Positions 1 through 10,786 are shown, numbered from the stretch's first letter. The stretch: 39,594 nt of DNA from an uncultured Alkaliphilus sp. (GCA_964383985.1 CAYLIZ010000003.1:1-39594), one strand, 5' to 3'. The notes: generated by a model not told the origin, from the sequence alone. A program made the numbers and translations.

Positions 1-80
1 CGGCTAGCTTTGAAAACATTTTTATTTATAATTTTCAATAAAAATCATGTTTCTATACTCAGAAGAATCATAAGTTAAGA

Positions 81-2156
81 CTAATTTTCAACCTGTTCTT
101 CATATTTACAATTTTTATTGTTACATATTATTTTATCGCCTTTTTTACTTGTCCTATACACTAATATATCTCCACATTGTGGACATTTTTTATCTACAGG
201 TTTATTCCATGATATAAACCTACATTGCGGAAAACTGCTACAACCGTAAAACAACCTGCCCTTTCTAGATTTCCTTTTTATTATATCTCCATCTTTACAT
301 TGTGGACATTTTACTCCAATCTTGTAAAGAAAAGGCTTGGTCCCATCACAATCAGGATAATTAGAACAGGCTAAAAATTTGCCATATCTGCCATGTTTAA
401 TTAACATGACTGCACCACATTTTTCACAGTTCTCATCACTTTCTTCTACTAAATTAATTTGTTCCATATGTTCCTCAGCATTAGTTAACATTTTATGAAA
501 TGTACTATAAAATTCTGAAATAAGCTTTTTCCAGTCATGTCCATATTCCTCGATACTATCTAATTGTTTTTCTAAATTAGCTGTAAAGTTAACATTTATA
601 ATTTCGACAAAATATTCTATCAAAATTTCGTTTATAATATATCCAAGTTCTGCAGCAACAAGATTTCTACCTTCCTTTTCAACATATCCTCTAGCAAGTA
701 TTGTAGATATAGTTGGGGAATAAGTGCTAGGCCTGCCTATTCCAAGTTCTTCCATAGTTTTTACCAAAGATGCCTCTGTATATCTAGGCGGTGGCTGAGT
801 AAAATGTTGTTTTGGTAACTTTTTAATTATATTTATTATATCTCCTGCTTTTAGATCAGGTAAATCAACATTTTCCGATATGCTTGAAAAACTATATATT
901 TTTAAAAATCCATCAAATTTTAAAATAGAACCGGTCGCTTTAAATATAATTCCATTTACTTGAAGGTCTACAGACAAAGTATCATACAATGCCGGGGACA
1001 TTTGGCTTGCTACATAACGCTCCCATATTAATTTATATAACAAATACTGATCCTTGGTCAGTGAAGATTTAACAATATCAGGATGTTTGCTAACATCTGT
1101 AGGTCTTATGGATTCATGTGCATCTTGCACATTTTTCTTTTTTGTACTTGTTTTTTTAGTAGACCTCTTTTTCGTATATTGTTTACCTATATTTTCTGTA
1201 ATATATTGTGCCAAAATTTCTATAGCTTCATCTGATATTCTGGTAGAGTCAGTTCTAATATACGTAATAAGTCCTACTGTTCCTTCTTTCTTTAAATTTA
1301 TACCCTCATACAATTGCTGTGCTAAAGACATTGTTTTTCTGGTGGAAAATCCTAATTTATTAGCAGCCTCCTGTTGAAGTGTGCTTGTAGTAAAAGGCAG
1401 GCCCGGATTTCGTCTTTTTTGACCTTTTTTAACATTTGTTACGGTTAAAGGTCCATCTTTTATAATATTTAAAATTCTATTTACTTCTTCTTCTGTATAT
1501 ATATTTTTATTTCCCAAATCGTCGGCATAGAACTTAGCTTCGAATTTTTCTCCTTTATCGTTTTCTACTTTTAAAGTTAAGCTCCAATATTCCTCCGGTT
1601 TAAAATTTTTAATTTCTTCCTCTCTATCTATAATAAGCTTTGTAGCTACAGATTGCACCCTGCCTGCACTAAGCCCCTTTCTAACATTTTTCCAAAGAAG
1701 GGGACTAATTTTATACCCTACCAGTCTGTCTAAAACCCTTCTTGCCTGCTGTGCGTCTACTAAATTACGATTAATAGGCCTTGGTTTTTTTATTGCATTT
1801 TTAATGGCATTTTTAGTAATTTCATTGAACTCTATTCTACAAGGTTCATCTTCTTCTATGCCTAAAGCCCTTGCTAAATGCCATGAAATAGCTTCACCCT
1901 CCCTATCCGGGTCGGTTGCTAAATAAACCCTTTCCGACTTTTTTGCTAGAGATTTAATTTCCCTCAATATTGGCCCTTTGCCTCGTATAGTAATATATTG
2001 TGGCTCAAAATTATTATCTATATCAACTCCAAGCTTGCTTTTAGGTAAATCAATAACATGTCCAACAGATGCCTTTACAACATAATTTTTTCCTAGAAAC
2101 TTTTCTATAGTCCTTGCTTTTGCCGGCGACTCCACAATTACTAGGGATTTTGCCAA
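81..2156 (-). CDS. topA: DNA topoisomerase I (type IA)
   Basis: 691-aa ORF with an N-terminal TOPRIM domain (VIVESPAKA, DPDREGE), a catalytic Tyr region GLITYIRTDS and three C-terminal Cys4 zinc ribbons. The start codon is TTG (2154-2156), preceded by GGAGGTG. Confidence 0.97.
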   Translation of the reverse strand: MAKSLVIVESPAKARTIEKFLGKNYVVKASVGHVIDLPKSKLGVDIDNNFEPQYITIRGKGPILREIKSLAKKSERVYLATDPDREGEAISWHLARALGIEEDEPCRIEFNEITKNAIKNAIKKPRPINRNLVDAQQARRVLDRLVGYKISPLLWKNVRKGLSAGRVQSVATKLIIDREEEIKNFKPEEYWSLTLKVENDKGEKFEAKFYADDLGNKNIYTEEEVNRILNIIKDGPLTVTNVKKGQKRRNPGLPFTTSTLQQEAANKLGFSTRKTMSLAQQLYEGINLKKEGTVGLITYIRTDSTRISDEAIEILAQYITENIGKQYTKKRSTKKTSTKKKNVQDAHESIRPTDVSKHPDIVKSSLTKDQYLLYKLIWERYVASQMSPALYDTLSVDLQVNGIIFKATGSILKFDGFLKIYSFSSISENVDLPDLKAGDIINIIKKLPKQHFTQPPPRYTEASLVKTMEELGIGRPSTYSPTISTILARGYVEKEGRNLVAAELGYIINEILIEYFVEIINVNFTANLEKQLDSIEEYGHDWKKLISEFYSTFHKMLTNAEEHMEQINLVEESDENCEKCGAVMLIKHGRYGKFLACSNYPDCDGTKPFLYKIGVKCPQCKDGDIIKRKSRKGRLFYGCSSFPQCRFISWNKPVDKKCPQCGDILVYRTSKKGDKIICNNKNCKYEEQVEN

Positions 2157-2237
2157 TTAATACACCTCCATTATGCCATAGTTTTTTTCTAGAATTATTA
2201 AATAAAATCAAATTTTGATGATACCGATTTAATTGAC

Positions 2238-3335
2238 TCATTTCGCTGCAGTAAATATCTTTCCCGGCATCTGGTTTATATAACCCTTAATTTCTAATAC
2301 AGTTAAGATAGGGTTTAGTTCAGATGCTCTTATTCCGGTTTCATTTATAATTAAATCAATATTTACAGGATTTCTTTTTATAATATTAAACACTTTCGTT
2401 TCTAATTCACTTAAATCATCTTTTATCGATTGCTTTGTATCTGTTTTGTCCATTGAATATCTATATCTGAGATTTTCTATTATGTCATCAACTTCAAGCA
2501 AAATTCTAGCCCCGTCCCTAATCAATTTATTAGTTCCCCTGCTTTGAATATTATTAATATTACCGGGTAGGGCATAAACATCTTTCCCTTGATCGAGTGC
2601 AAATCCCACAGTTATTAATGCTCCGCTTTTTTCAGGGGCTTCAATTACAACCACACCATCTGATAATCCACTTACAATTCTATTCCTAGCAGGAAAATGA
2701 TACTTTAATGGCAATGTGCCCAAACAATATTCTGAAATAACACAACCCTTTTCAAATATTTTATCCATTAAAGCCCTATTTGAAGCCGGATAATATTGGT
2801 CTAACCCACATCCTAAAACTCCAATAGTATAACCGTTACCATCTAATGCTCCTTTATGACCACATGTATCTATTCCTAAGGCCAATCCACTTATAACTCC
2901 AACATTCCATTCCGTAAGCTCTTTTGCAAACCGATGTGCTGCCCATTTGCCATAAGGAGTTGCCCTCCTTGTACCAACTATAGATATTAAAGGCATATCA
3001 AAATCTATTTTATTTCCTTTTATATATATTACATATGGAGGATCATATATATTTTTCAGTTTAGAAGGATAGGCAGAATCATAAATTGTCAAAGGTAGTA
3101 TATTATTATCATTTAAATTCTTAAAAATTTCAACAATAATTTTCTCATCTCTATTTTCTATAATTTTGCTGACTACCGCCGCCCTATTGTTCAATGCGCT
3201 GATAATATGTTTTTCCCTTGCATACCAAATTTCTTCAATATCATGAAAATAATTTATTAAATATTTAATATCTTTATTGCTAATGCCTTCTATATGACTT
3301 AGCCATACAATGATATCTTTTTGCTTTAACTTCAT
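2238..3335 (-). CDS. dprA: DNA-processing protein DprA/Smf
   Basis: 365-aa ORF with a DprA Rossmann-like core (IVGTRRATPYG, GLALGIDTCGH, FPARNRIVSGLS). It lies next to topA, as in B. subtilis. RBS is GGAGGA. Confidence 0.93.
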   Translation of the reverse strand: MKLKQKDIIVWLSHIEGISNKDIKYLINYFHDIEEIWYAREKHIISALNNRAAVVSKIIENRDEKIIVEIFKNLNDNNILPLTIYDSAYPSKLKNIYDPPYVIYIKGNKIDFDMPLISIVGTRRATPYGKWAAHRFAKELTEWNVGVISGLALGIDTCGHKGALDGNGYTIGVLGCGLDQYYPASNRALMDKIFEKGCVISEYCLGTLPLKYHFPARNRIVSGLSDGVVVIEAPEKSGALITVGFALDQGKDVYALPGNINNIQSRGTNKLIRDGARILLEVDDIIENLRYRYSMDKTDTKQSIKDDLSELETKVFNIIKRNPVNIDLIINETGIRASELNPILTVLEIKGYINQMPGKIFTAAK

Positions 3336-3490
3336 ATTATATCCTCCAAACTATTATTTTGATACAAACAATACTTTACTAAATAGTTTAAATAAAGCAC
3401 TGAATATTCAACTGTTTTTATGCAATATCCATTATACACTATTGTACAAAACCAATAAGTTTTTTATACTGCTGCAAATAACTGATATTT

Positions 3491-5020
3491 TCATAAAATC
3501 GATTCACTTAAATTTCTATACTGTAGGGCTTCGGCCAAATGTTTTTCACAGATAATATCTTCTCCATCTAAATCAGCTATAGTTCTCGCTACTTTTAATA
3601 TTCTACTATAACCCCTAGCACTTAAGTTCATTTTATGAAAAGCTATGTTCATCAATTGTTGAGCAGGAGAACTCAAACAGCAATATTTATTTATTGCCGC
3701 TCCATTTAACTGAGAATTAAACAAATATTTTGTTTTTTTATATCTTTCTAGTTGAACCTCTCTGGCTTTTTCTACACGTTTTCTTATTTCGCTAGAAGAT
3801 TCGGCTCCCCTATTATCAGTTAAATCCTTATATTTTACGGCAGAAGTTTCAACTATTATGTCTATTCTATCCATTAGGGGGCCTGAAATTTTATTAACAT
3901 ATCTATTTATTTGGTGAGGGGTGCAATTACACTGTTGCCCGCCATCAGTTCCATAATATCCGCATGGGCAAGGATTCATTGCAGCTAATAACATAAAATC
4001 TGCAGGATAGGTGTATGAACCACTTACTCTTGATATATGTACAACTTTATCTTCTAAGGGTTGTCTTAATGCTTCTAACGAGGTCTTGCTAAATTCCGGA
4101 AATTCATCAAGAAATAATACACCATAATGACTTAAAGACACTTCCCCCGGTTTGGGAATTCTTCCCCCTCCGGTTATGGCAACTGTTGAACTGGTATGAT
4201 GCGGAGAACGGAACGGTCTATTACAAACTAATCCTTCATGTGCATTAAGTAATCCGGCTATACTATATATTTTTGTAATTTCTAGAGCTTCATGAAATGT
4301 TAATTTTGGGAGTATTGAAGGTAGCCTTCTAGCGGCCATAGTTTTACCTGATCCCGGCGGACCTATAATTAGCAAGTTGTGATTCCCTGATGCTGCAACT
4401 TCTAAGGCTCTTTTTAAATTTTCTTGACCATGTAGATCTTTAAAATCCTCTAGATTAGTTTCTTCTTTATGATTATATTTAAAGGGTTCTTTATGTGTAT
4501 TTAATCTTTTTTCGCCTTTAAGATGAAGAGTTATATCATTTAAAGTATGTACGGGTATTATTTCTATATCATCTACAATTTTTGCTTCTTCTAAGTTTTC
4601 ATATGGTACTATCACCTTTTTTATACCTTTATTATACATTTCTAATAGCATTGGCAATACACCGTTAACTTTATTGGCTTTACCATCTAAAGATAGCTCC
4701 CCAAGTATCAGTATATCCTCTAGCTCTTCTAGTGGAATTTGCATAGATGCACCCAAAATCCCTAGGGCTATAGGTAAATCAAAATGACTACCCTCTTTTT
4801 TGGTATGCGCCGGTGATAAGTTAATTGTAATTCGTCTTAGAGGAAAATCTAATCCACTGTTTTTTATAGCAGCACGTACCCTTTCTTTAGACTCTTTTAT
4901 GGCCATATCGGGCAGTCCTACAACATTTATATTTGGCAATCCATTAGATATATCCACCTCTACATCTATCATAGTAACTATTAATCCTGTTAAACAACAG
5001 GTTTTCACTTTTGATAGCAT
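3491..5020 (-). CDS. comM: Mg-chelatase-like ATPase, ComM/YifB family
   Basis: Lon-like N-terminal domain, Walker A GPPGSGKT, Walker B LFLDEFPEF and a C-terminal ChlI-like domain. I chose the second in-frame ATG (MLSKVKT..., 5020), which has a better RBS and the typical family N-terminus. The ORF-track start at 5035 is the alternative. Confidence 0.9.
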   Translation of the reverse strand: MLSKVKTCCLTGLIVTMIDVEVDISNGLPNINVVGLPDMAIKESKERVRAAIKNSGLDFPLRRITINLSPAHTKKEGSHFDLPIALGILGASMQIPLEELEDILILGELSLDGKANKVNGVLPMLLEMYNKGIKKVIVPYENLEEAKIVDDIEIIPVHTLNDITLHLKGEKRLNTHKEPFKYNHKEETNLEDFKDLHGQENLKRALEVAASGNHNLLIIGPPGSGKTMAARRLPSILPKLTFHEALEITKIYSIAGLLNAHEGLVCNRPFRSPHHTSSTVAITGGGRIPKPGEVSLSHYGVLFLDEFPEFSKTSLEALRQPLEDKVVHISRVSGSYTYPADFMLLAAMNPCPCGYYGTDGGQQCNCTPHQINRYVNKISGPLMDRIDIIVETSAVKYKDLTDNRGAESSSEIRKRVEKAREVQLERYKKTKYLFNSQLNGAAINKYCCLSSPAQQLMNIAFHKMNLSARGYSRILKVARTIADLDGEDIICEKHLAEALQYRNLSESIL

Positions 5021-5174
5021 AAGTCCACTTCCCATTCCAGGTTTTAATAAATTAATTAGATTATTAAATTATAAAATTCTTCAATATATAAACTATATAA
5101 ACTGATTCTATATAATAAGGCTTTTATCCTGCAATTTTCCTGATTTTGTGTGAATTGTTATTCTATGTGCTTGA

Positions 5175-5528
5175 TTAAAATGCGTTTTCTATATGAACTA
5201 TTTTGTATCTTTTTTCTACCAGCTTTACTTCTATAACATCAAACCTATAATTAAAACGGCCCTTATCTAATTTTTTATATAGTATGTATTGCTGTGATAA
5301 TTTTCGTATCGTCTGTTGTTTTTTATAATTAACTGCCTCTGAAGGCATGCCATATGCACCTGATGTTCTAGTTTTGACCTCAATAAATATAACAACATCC
5401 TGCTTTCTGGCAATGATATCCAATTCGCCTAATTTTGTACGATAATTGCGATCTAAAACATTATAACCCTTATTTTTTATATAATTTGCTGCTAATTCCT
5501 CTCCTACTAAACCTATACGTCTGCCCAT
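5175..5528 (-). CDS. yraN: YraN-family (UPF0102) predicted endonuclease
   Basis: 117-aa ORF with the typical UPF0102 pattern (GEELAANYI..GYNVLDRNYR...GELDIIA...VFIEVKTR). Confidence 0.88.
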   Translation of the reverse strand: MGRRIGLVGEELAANYIKNKGYNVLDRNYRTKLGELDIIARKQDVVIFIEVKTRTSGAYGMPSEAVNYKKQQTIRKLSQQYILYKKLDKGRFNYRFDVIEVKLVEKRYKIVHIENAF

Positions 5529-5566
5529 ATCACTGTCTCCTTTATGACCTAACCCAATTTTATAAA

Positions 5567-6178
5567 CTATAATATTTTGCTTAAAAAAGTTTTTCTATGC
5601 ATTGGACTTGCACCATATTGCCTCAATGCCTCCCTATGTGCCTTTGTACCGTAACCCTTGTTTTGTTTAATATTATAATTTGGATACTTTATATGCCATT
5701 TTTCACAGAGGTTATCTCTTAATACTTTAGCTACTATAGACGATGCTGCTATACCATGACTGAGATTATCGCCTTTAATAATAACTTTTTGAGGAATAGG
5801 TAAATCTATTTTCTCTGCATCTACTAATATATAATCCGGAACAACCTTATTTTCATTTTTATCTTTAATTGACATAACAGCTTTTTTCATAGCTAGTCTA
5901 GTAGCATTTTTTATATTAATCTTATCAATAATTTCTGCAGAAACTGTTCCTACACCTATAGCTGTACATTCTTTTCTAATAATTTCGTATAGTTGCTCTC
6001 TTTTCCTAGGGGATAATTTTTTAGAATCTTTAATGCCTTCTATAACTAAATCCTTTGGCATAATGACTGCTGCAGCTAAAACTGAACCAAATAAACATCC
6101 TCGGCCCACCTCATCACAGAAGGCTATATAATTATAGCCTTTATTCCATATTGTATTTTCTATATCTAATGTTGGCAT
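5567..6178 (-). CDS. rnhB: Ribonuclease HII
   Basis: 203-aa ORF with the RNase HII active-site motif DEVGRGCLFG and a DSKKLS motif. It is syntenic with rbgA. Confidence 0.95.
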   Translation of the reverse strand: MPTLDIENTIWNKGYNYIAFCDEVGRGCLFGSVLAAAVIMPKDLVIEGIKDSKKLSPRKREQLYEIIRKECTAIGVGTVSAEIIDKINIKNATRLAMKKAVMSIKDKNENKVVPDYILVDAEKIDLPIPQKVIIKGDNLSHGIAASSIVAKVLRDNLCEKWHIKYPNYNIKQNKGYGTKAHREALRQYGASPMHRKTFLSKIL

Positions 6179-6207
6179 TTAGCACCTCCTAACCTCTGAC
6201 TTCTAAC

Positions 6208-7050
6208 TTATGGGTATTCTAAAGAAATACGTCCAATTTTTGCAGATCTGAATTCATCTAATATTATATTTGATATTCTAAAATAATCAATTTTTTTTCC
6301 TTTTAAAATACATCCTCTATTTTTAGCTATACGATCCATTAATTCTATAATAGTACCATATTCATTTTCTACTTTATATCTTTTAATAATTTTTCCTTTG
6401 TGATCAGCCCATAATATTTCCAACAATTTATACGCTAATGTTTCAGTATCTATTATTCCATCTTTAATAGCTCCCGTAAATGCCAAGTTTAACGCAACTG
6501 CAGAATCCTCAATTTTTGGCCATAACATACCCGGAGTATCTAATAGATCCATGTTTCCTTTTAACCTGATCCACTGTTTTCCTTTTGTCACTCCCGGCTT
6601 ATCCCCTGTTTGTGTAGCCTTTTTCCTTGCTAATTTATTAATAAAAGATGATTTTCCGACATTAGGTATTCCAACAACCATTATTCTAATAGATCTTGGT
6701 CTTCTACCTTTCTTCACTAAAGTATCTATTTTAACCTCTGTAGCTTTTTTACCTTCTTCCATTACTTGCCTTATCCCATCGCCTGTGATTGCATTTACAG
6801 GAATTGCTGCTATCTGTCGTCTTTTAAAATATTCTACCCACGCGGATGAAATTTGAGGATCTGCTAAATCAATTTTATTAAGTATGATGATTTTAGGCTT
6901 ATCGCCTACAATTTGATCTAGATCAGGGTTTTTGCTGCTCAGTGGTATGCGAGCATCTAACAACTCATAAACTATATCTACAAGTTTAAGCTGTTCCCTT
7001 AAAAGTTTTTTAGTTTTTTTCATATGCCCCGGATACCAATTAATATTCAT
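6208..7050 (-). CDS. rbgA: Ribosome biogenesis GTPase A (YlqF)
   Basis: Circularly permuted GTPase with NKIDL (G4) preceding GIPNVGKSS (G1) and DTPG (G3). The N-terminus is MNINWYPGHM. Confidence 0.95.
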   Translation of the reverse strand: MNINWYPGHMKKTKKLLREQLKLVDIVYELLDARIPLSSKNPDLDQIVGDKPKIIILNKIDLADPQISSAWVEYFKRRQIAAIPVNAITGDGIRQVMEEGKKATEVKIDTLVKKGRRPRSIRIMVVGIPNVGKSSFINKLARKKATQTGDKPGVTKGKQWIRLKGNMDLLDTPGMLWPKIEDSAVALNLAFTGAIKDGIIDTETLAYKLLEILWADHKGKIIKRYKVENEYGTIIELMDRIAKNRGCILKGKKIDYFRISNIILDEFRSAKIGRISLEYP

Positions 7051-7089
7051 TATTTTCCACCCCCTAAAATGTTTTTAACCTCAGATAAT

Positions 7090-7126
7090 ACATCATAATA
7101 ACAAAGGGACTGAAATTCAGTCCCTT
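7090..7126 (-). terminator. Intrinsic terminator after rplS
   Basis: 9-bp GC-containing stem aagggactg/cagtccctt (7104-7112 and 7118-7126) with a 5-nt loop, 4 nt after the rplS stop. It is followed on the minus strand by TTGTTATTAT. Confidence 0.6.
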
Positions 7127-7130
7127 CAAA

Positions 7131-7481
7131 TTAGTATTTTTTCTTTTCTTTAATTTTAAATGCTGCCTTACCGACCCTATCGCGCAAATAATAAGTCTTG
7201 GCTCTTCTGGCACTGCCCCTTCTAATAACTTCAACCTTCTCTATTCTAGGAGAATGTACAGGAAATGTCCTCTCTACTCCTACACCGGAAGCTATCCTTC
7301 TAACTGTAAAAGTTTCAGCGATTCCGCCCCCCTGCCTTTTAATTACGATACCTTCAAATATTTGAATTCTTTCCCTAGTGCCCTCTTTGATTTTAACATG
7401 TACTTTCACAGTGTCCCCGGTACCAAATTCCTTAATATCTTTTTTTAGCTGTTCATTTGTAATCGTTCTTAAAATATCCAT
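7131..7481 (-). CDS. rplS: 50S ribosomal protein L19
   Basis: L19 sequence ([34 protein letters not shown]). The start is set at the internal ATG (MDILRTI...), which is preceded by the AGGAGAGAGG RBS. The ORF-track start at 7502 lacks an RBS. Confidence 0.95.
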   Translation of the reverse strand: MDILRTITNEQLKKDIKEFGTGDTVKVHVKIKEGTRERIQIFEGIVIKRQGGGIAETFTVRRIASGVGVERTFPVHSPRIEKVEVIRRGSARRAKTYYLRDRVGKAAFKIKEKKKY

Positions 7482-7549
7482 AATTGCCTCTCTCCTTCTC
7501 ATAGACGTTCTTATATAATGTATAGAGGACCGTCCGTTATACGTTGTAA
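7482..7549 (-). promoter_or_regulatory. rplS 5' leader, a candidate L19 autoregulatory element
   Basis: A leader of about 65 nt lies between the predicted -10 and the ATG. It contains the only GC-rich patch of the spacer (minus-strand ACGGACGGUCCUCUAUAC). Its CCUCU can pair with the AGAGG of the SD. L19 leader RNAs are known in low-GC Gram-positives, but I cannot verify the covariance model by eye. Confidence 0.3.
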
Positions 7550-7578
7550 ATTATATCATAGTCATTAAAATATAACAA
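7550..7578 (-). promoter_or_regulatory. SigA-type promoter for rplS
   Basis: On the minus strand, TTGTTA, a 17-nt spacer, then TATAAT. Confidence 0.5.
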
Positions 7579-7585
7579 TATATAA

Positions 7586-8350
7586 TTAATCAATATTTGA
7601 CTTGATTGTTGCTTTTTTAACACTATTTAAAAAATCCCTATCTTTACCGGTTAATTTTATATTCTTCAATAATTCAGGTCGTCTTTTATAGGTTAATTTT
7701 AAAGATTCTTTTCTTCTCCACTCGTCAATTTTTTGATGATTGCCGGAAATAAGTACATCAGGTACATCTAGACCCCTAAAACTAGCTGGTCTAGTATACT
7801 GTGGGTATTCTAATAATCCGGAATAAAAAGTTTCGTCCTCATAAGATTGATTTTGCGATAGCGTCCCGGGCAATAATCTAGTTATAGAATCTATAAGTAC
7901 CATAGCCGGTATTTCACCACCCGTTAGTACGTAATCTCCTATTGAAATTTCATCAGTCACTATCTCATCTATTACCCTTTGATCAACCCCCTCATAATGA
8001 CCACAGAGCATTATAATAAATTTTTCTTTAGAAAGTTCAACTGCCATCTTTTGATTAAAGGTTTCACCCTTTGGAGACAGATAAATAACTCTTGGTTTTT
8101 CATTTTCTTTTAGATCTAATGTATTAACTATGTAATTATAACAGTCGAAAATAGGTTGAGGCATCATAACCATTCCAGGGCCCCCGCCATATGGATAATC
8201 ATCCACTTTTTTGTGCTTGTTATCAGCATAATCCCTTATATTAATATATTCTAAATCGATAATATTTCTTTCTTTTGCACGTTGAATTATACTGCTATTA
8301 AATGGTCCCAAAAACATTTCGGGAAATAATGTCATTACTTTTATTACCAT
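7586..8350 (-). CDS. trmD: tRNA (guanine37-N1)-methyltransferase
   Basis: SPOUT/TrmD motifs (TLFPEMF, DDYPYGGGPGMVM, CGHYEGVDQRV, LTGGE). Its ATG overlaps the rimM stop (TAATG), which indicates translational coupling. Confidence 0.96.
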   Translation of the reverse strand: MVIKVMTLFPEMFLGPFNSSIIQRAKERNIIDLEYINIRDYADNKHKKVDDYPYGGGPGMVMMPQPIFDCYNYIVNTLDLKENEKPRVIYLSPKGETFNQKMAVELSKEKFIIMLCGHYEGVDQRVIDEIVTDEISIGDYVLTGGEIPAMVLIDSITRLLPGTLSQNQSYEDETFYSGLLEYPQYTRPASFRGLDVPDVLISGNHQKIDEWRRKESLKLTYKRRPELLKNIKLTGKDRDFLNSVKKATIKSNID

Positions 8351-8850
8351 TATATCATCCCCTCAATGGGATCTATAATAATTTTTCCTTCCTTTAAACA
8401 GACCTCAGGTATAAACTCCTCAACAGCAGGTATCATAATTTCTTTATTATTTCCACCTTCTATGACATATACATCATTAGAGCTAGTTTGAATTATGTCC
8501 TTTACCTTACCAATATATTCATTTTTTACTGTATAAACATCTAATCCAATAATGTCGGCTATATAGTAGGTATCCTCAGGTAAATTTCTTCGTTGACTTT
8601 CATCGATAAGTATATATTTATCTTTAAATTTTTCAACCGAATCGATGTTTTCATATCCTTTGAAAGATAAAAGAACAACAGTGGGCATGTATTTCACATC
8701 TTTTATATAAAACTTTTCATCATTACCGTCTATATAAACCCAGTTTAATTCTTCAAAACGTTCCATATAATCCGTAAGGGGAAAAACTTTTAAATTCCCT
8801 TTTATTCCATGTGTATTAATTATTTTACCTACCTTTAACATTTTGCCCAT
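8350..8850 (-). CDS. rimM: 16S rRNA processing protein RimM
   Basis: 166-aa ORF with VGKIINTHGIKGNLKV, a PRC-barrel C-terminus and conserved rpsP-khpA-rimM-trmD synteny. Confidence 0.94.
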   Translation of the reverse strand: MGKMLKVGKIINTHGIKGNLKVFPLTDYMERFEELNWVYIDGNDEKFYIKDVKYMPTVVLLSFKGYENIDSVEKFKDKYILIDESQRRNLPEDTYYIADIIGLDVYTVKNEYIGKVKDIIQTSSNDVYVIEGGNNKEIMIPAVEEFIPEVCLKEGKIIIDPIEGMI

Positions 8851-8908
8851 GTAAATACATACTCCTTTTTCTGAATATACTGTAAATAAGGACTAGGTTT
8901 CCCTAATC

Positions 8909-9139
8909 CTATTGAATAATTTCAACAATTACTCTTTTATTTTGTTTCGTGGCAGCTGCTTTTACTACTGTTCTAATTGCCTTAGCAATTCTACCCTGCT
9001 TACCAATTACTTTTCCCATATCCTCAGGGGCAACTTTTAGTTCTAAAATAACTGATCGATTTCCTTCTATCTCATTAACATTTACTTGTTCGGGATTATC
9101 TACTAATCCTTTAGCAATAACCTCCACTAAATGACCCAT
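8909..9139 (-). CDS. khpA: Small KH-domain RNA-binding protein (YlqC/KhpA family)
   Basis: 76-aa ORF with the KH GXXG motif (VIGKQGRIAKAIR). It sits between rpsP and rimM. Confidence 0.88.
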   Translation of the reverse strand: MGHLVEVIAKGLVDNPEQVNVNEIEGNRSVILELKVAPEDMGKVIGKQGRIAKAIRTVVKAAATKQNKRVIVEIIQ

Positions 9140-9164
9140 TTTTCTACCTCCTAAACTAAGGTAA

Positions 9165-9410
9165 TTATTGAATTATACCATTCTTTTTAAATAAATCCTT
9201 TACTGTACCTGTAGGTTGTGCACCATTTTTTAACCATTTTTCTGCTTTTTCACTATCAATTTTAATTTGTTTTGGCTCAGAAATTGGATTATAATACCCA
9301 ATCTCCTCTATAAATCTTCCGTCCCTTGGAGATCTTGAATCTGCAACTACTATCCTGTAAAAAGGCCTTTTGCTTGCACCCATTCTCTTTAATCTGATTT
9401 TAACCGCCAT
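9165..9410 (-). CDS. rpsP: 30S ribosomal protein S16
   Basis: 81-aa ORF: [41 protein letters not shown]. Confidence 0.97.
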   Translation of the reverse strand: MAVKIRLKRMGASKRPFYRIVVADSRSPRDGRFIEEIGYYNPISEPKQIKIDSEKAEKWLKNGAQPTGTVKDLFKKNGIIQ

Positions 9411-9439
9411 TGTTTCACCTCCTCTAAATATTATAGTTA

Positions 9440-10786
9440 TTATCTACCGAAAAAAGGCATCTTAAACCTTCCACCTCTTTTAATCGATCTTTCCATATCT
9501 GTAAACTGCTTCATCATTTTTCTAGTCTGTTCAAATTGCTTTAGTAATTTATTTACCTGCTGCACAGAAGTCCCACTACCGACTGCAATTCTCTTTCGCC
9601 TACTTCCATTAATAATATTCGGATTTTGTCTTTCTGCCCTAGTCATAGAGTGTATGATGGCTTCAACATATACTAATTCTTTATCATCTATATCTAAATT
9701 TTTAAATTGTTTGCTCCCTATACCCGGAATCATCTCAAGTATTTGACTAATAGATCCCATCTGTTGTATTTGTTGAAGTTGATCCAGAAAATCGTCAAAG
9801 GTAAACTGTTGGCTTCTAATCTTTTCTTCTAATTCTTTAGCTTTTTTAGCATCAAAACTTTCTTGTGCTTTTTCAACAAGACTAAGTATATCACCCATGC
9901 CTAAAATTCTGGATGCCATTCTGTCCGGGTGAAACGGTTCCAAATCATCAAGCTTTTCGCCGAGTCCTACAAATTTAATAGGTTTGTTAGTGACTGCTCT
10001 GACTGATAGAGCAGCACCTCCACGTGCATCCCCATCCAACTTTGTCAATACAACACCATCAATACCTAACTTATCATTGAAATTCTTTGCAACATTTACA
10101 GCATCCTGCCCTGTCATAGAATCCACCACTAAAAGTATTTCATGTGGTTTAACTGCAGATCTTATATTTTGAAGCTCTGTCATAAGTTCCTCGTCAACAT
10201 GAAGCCTACCGGCTGTATCTATTAAAATGACATCATTACTGTTATTAATACTATGGTCTATACCGGCCTTTACAATATCAACCGGATTTTGTTTATCTCC
10301 CATGGTAAATACCGGTACCCCTACTTTTTCCCCTACAACTTGAAGTTGTTTTATAGCTGCCGGTCTATATATGTCCCCGGCTATCAGTAAGGGCCTTTTC
10401 CCCTGTTTTTTTAACATTCCCGATAGTTTACCCGCAGTTGTTGTTTTGCCCGATCCTTGCAGACCTACGAGCATTATAATCGTAGGGGGTTTAGAAGCAA
10501 AATTGATTTTACTTTGAACACTACCCATTAATTCTGTCAATTCTTCATTCACTATTTTTATAACTTGTTGAGCCGGAGTTAAGCTTTCTAAAACTTCAGA
10601 ACCTATTGCCCTTTCCCTAAGCCTGTTTACAAAATCCTTAACAACCTTAAAATTAACATCTGCCTCTAGAAGGGCAAGCCTCACTTCTCTCATAGCATCG
10701 ATTACATCTTTTTCTGTCAATTTGCCTTTATTTTTCAGTTTTTTAAACGCATTTTGAAGTTTTTCAGCTAAACCTTCAAAAACCAT
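9440..10786 (-). CDS. ffh: Signal recognition particle protein Ffh
   Basis: SRP54-type GTPase motifs ([25 protein letters not shown]) plus a Met-rich M domain. Confidence 0.97.
   Translation of the reverse strand: MVFEGLAEKLQNAFKKLKNKGKLTEKDVIDAMREVRLALLEADVNFKVVKDFVNRLRERAIGSEVLESLTPAQQVIKIVNEELTELMGSVQSKINFASKPPTIIMLVGLQGSGKTTTAGKLSGMLKKQGKRPLLIAGDIYRPAAIKQLQVVGEKVGVPVFTMGDKQNPVDIVKAGIDHSINNSNDVILIDTAGRLHVDEELMTELQNIRSAVKPHEILLVVDSMTGQDAVNVAKNFNDKLGIDGVVLTKLDGDARGGAALSVRAVTNKPIKFVGLGEKLDDLEPFHPDRMASRILGMGDILSLVEKAQESFDAKKAKELEEKIRSQQFTFDDFLDQLQQIQQMGSISQILEMIPGIGSKQFKNLDIDDKELVYVEAIIHSMTRAERQNPNIINGSRRKRIAVGSGTSVQQVNKLLKQFEQTRKMMKQFTDMERSIKRGGRFKMPFFGR

Noticed and set aside
12-52. An imperfect long AT-rich hairpin lies downstream of topA.
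   Set aside because: The stem needs bulges, is almost entirely A-T pairs and lacks a U-tract. It is not convincing as a terminator, and it sits at the window edge.
2050-2241. A 63-aa minus-strand ORF overlaps the topA start and the dprA stop.
   Set aside because: It lies out of frame within the topA 5' end and the spacer. It has no RBS, and the region is already explained by topA and its GGAGGTG-TTG start.
3310-3555. An 81-aa plus-strand ORF spans the dprA-comM intergenic region.
   Set aside because: It starts antisense within dprA and ends antisense within comM. It has no RBS and a low-complexity AT-codon translation.
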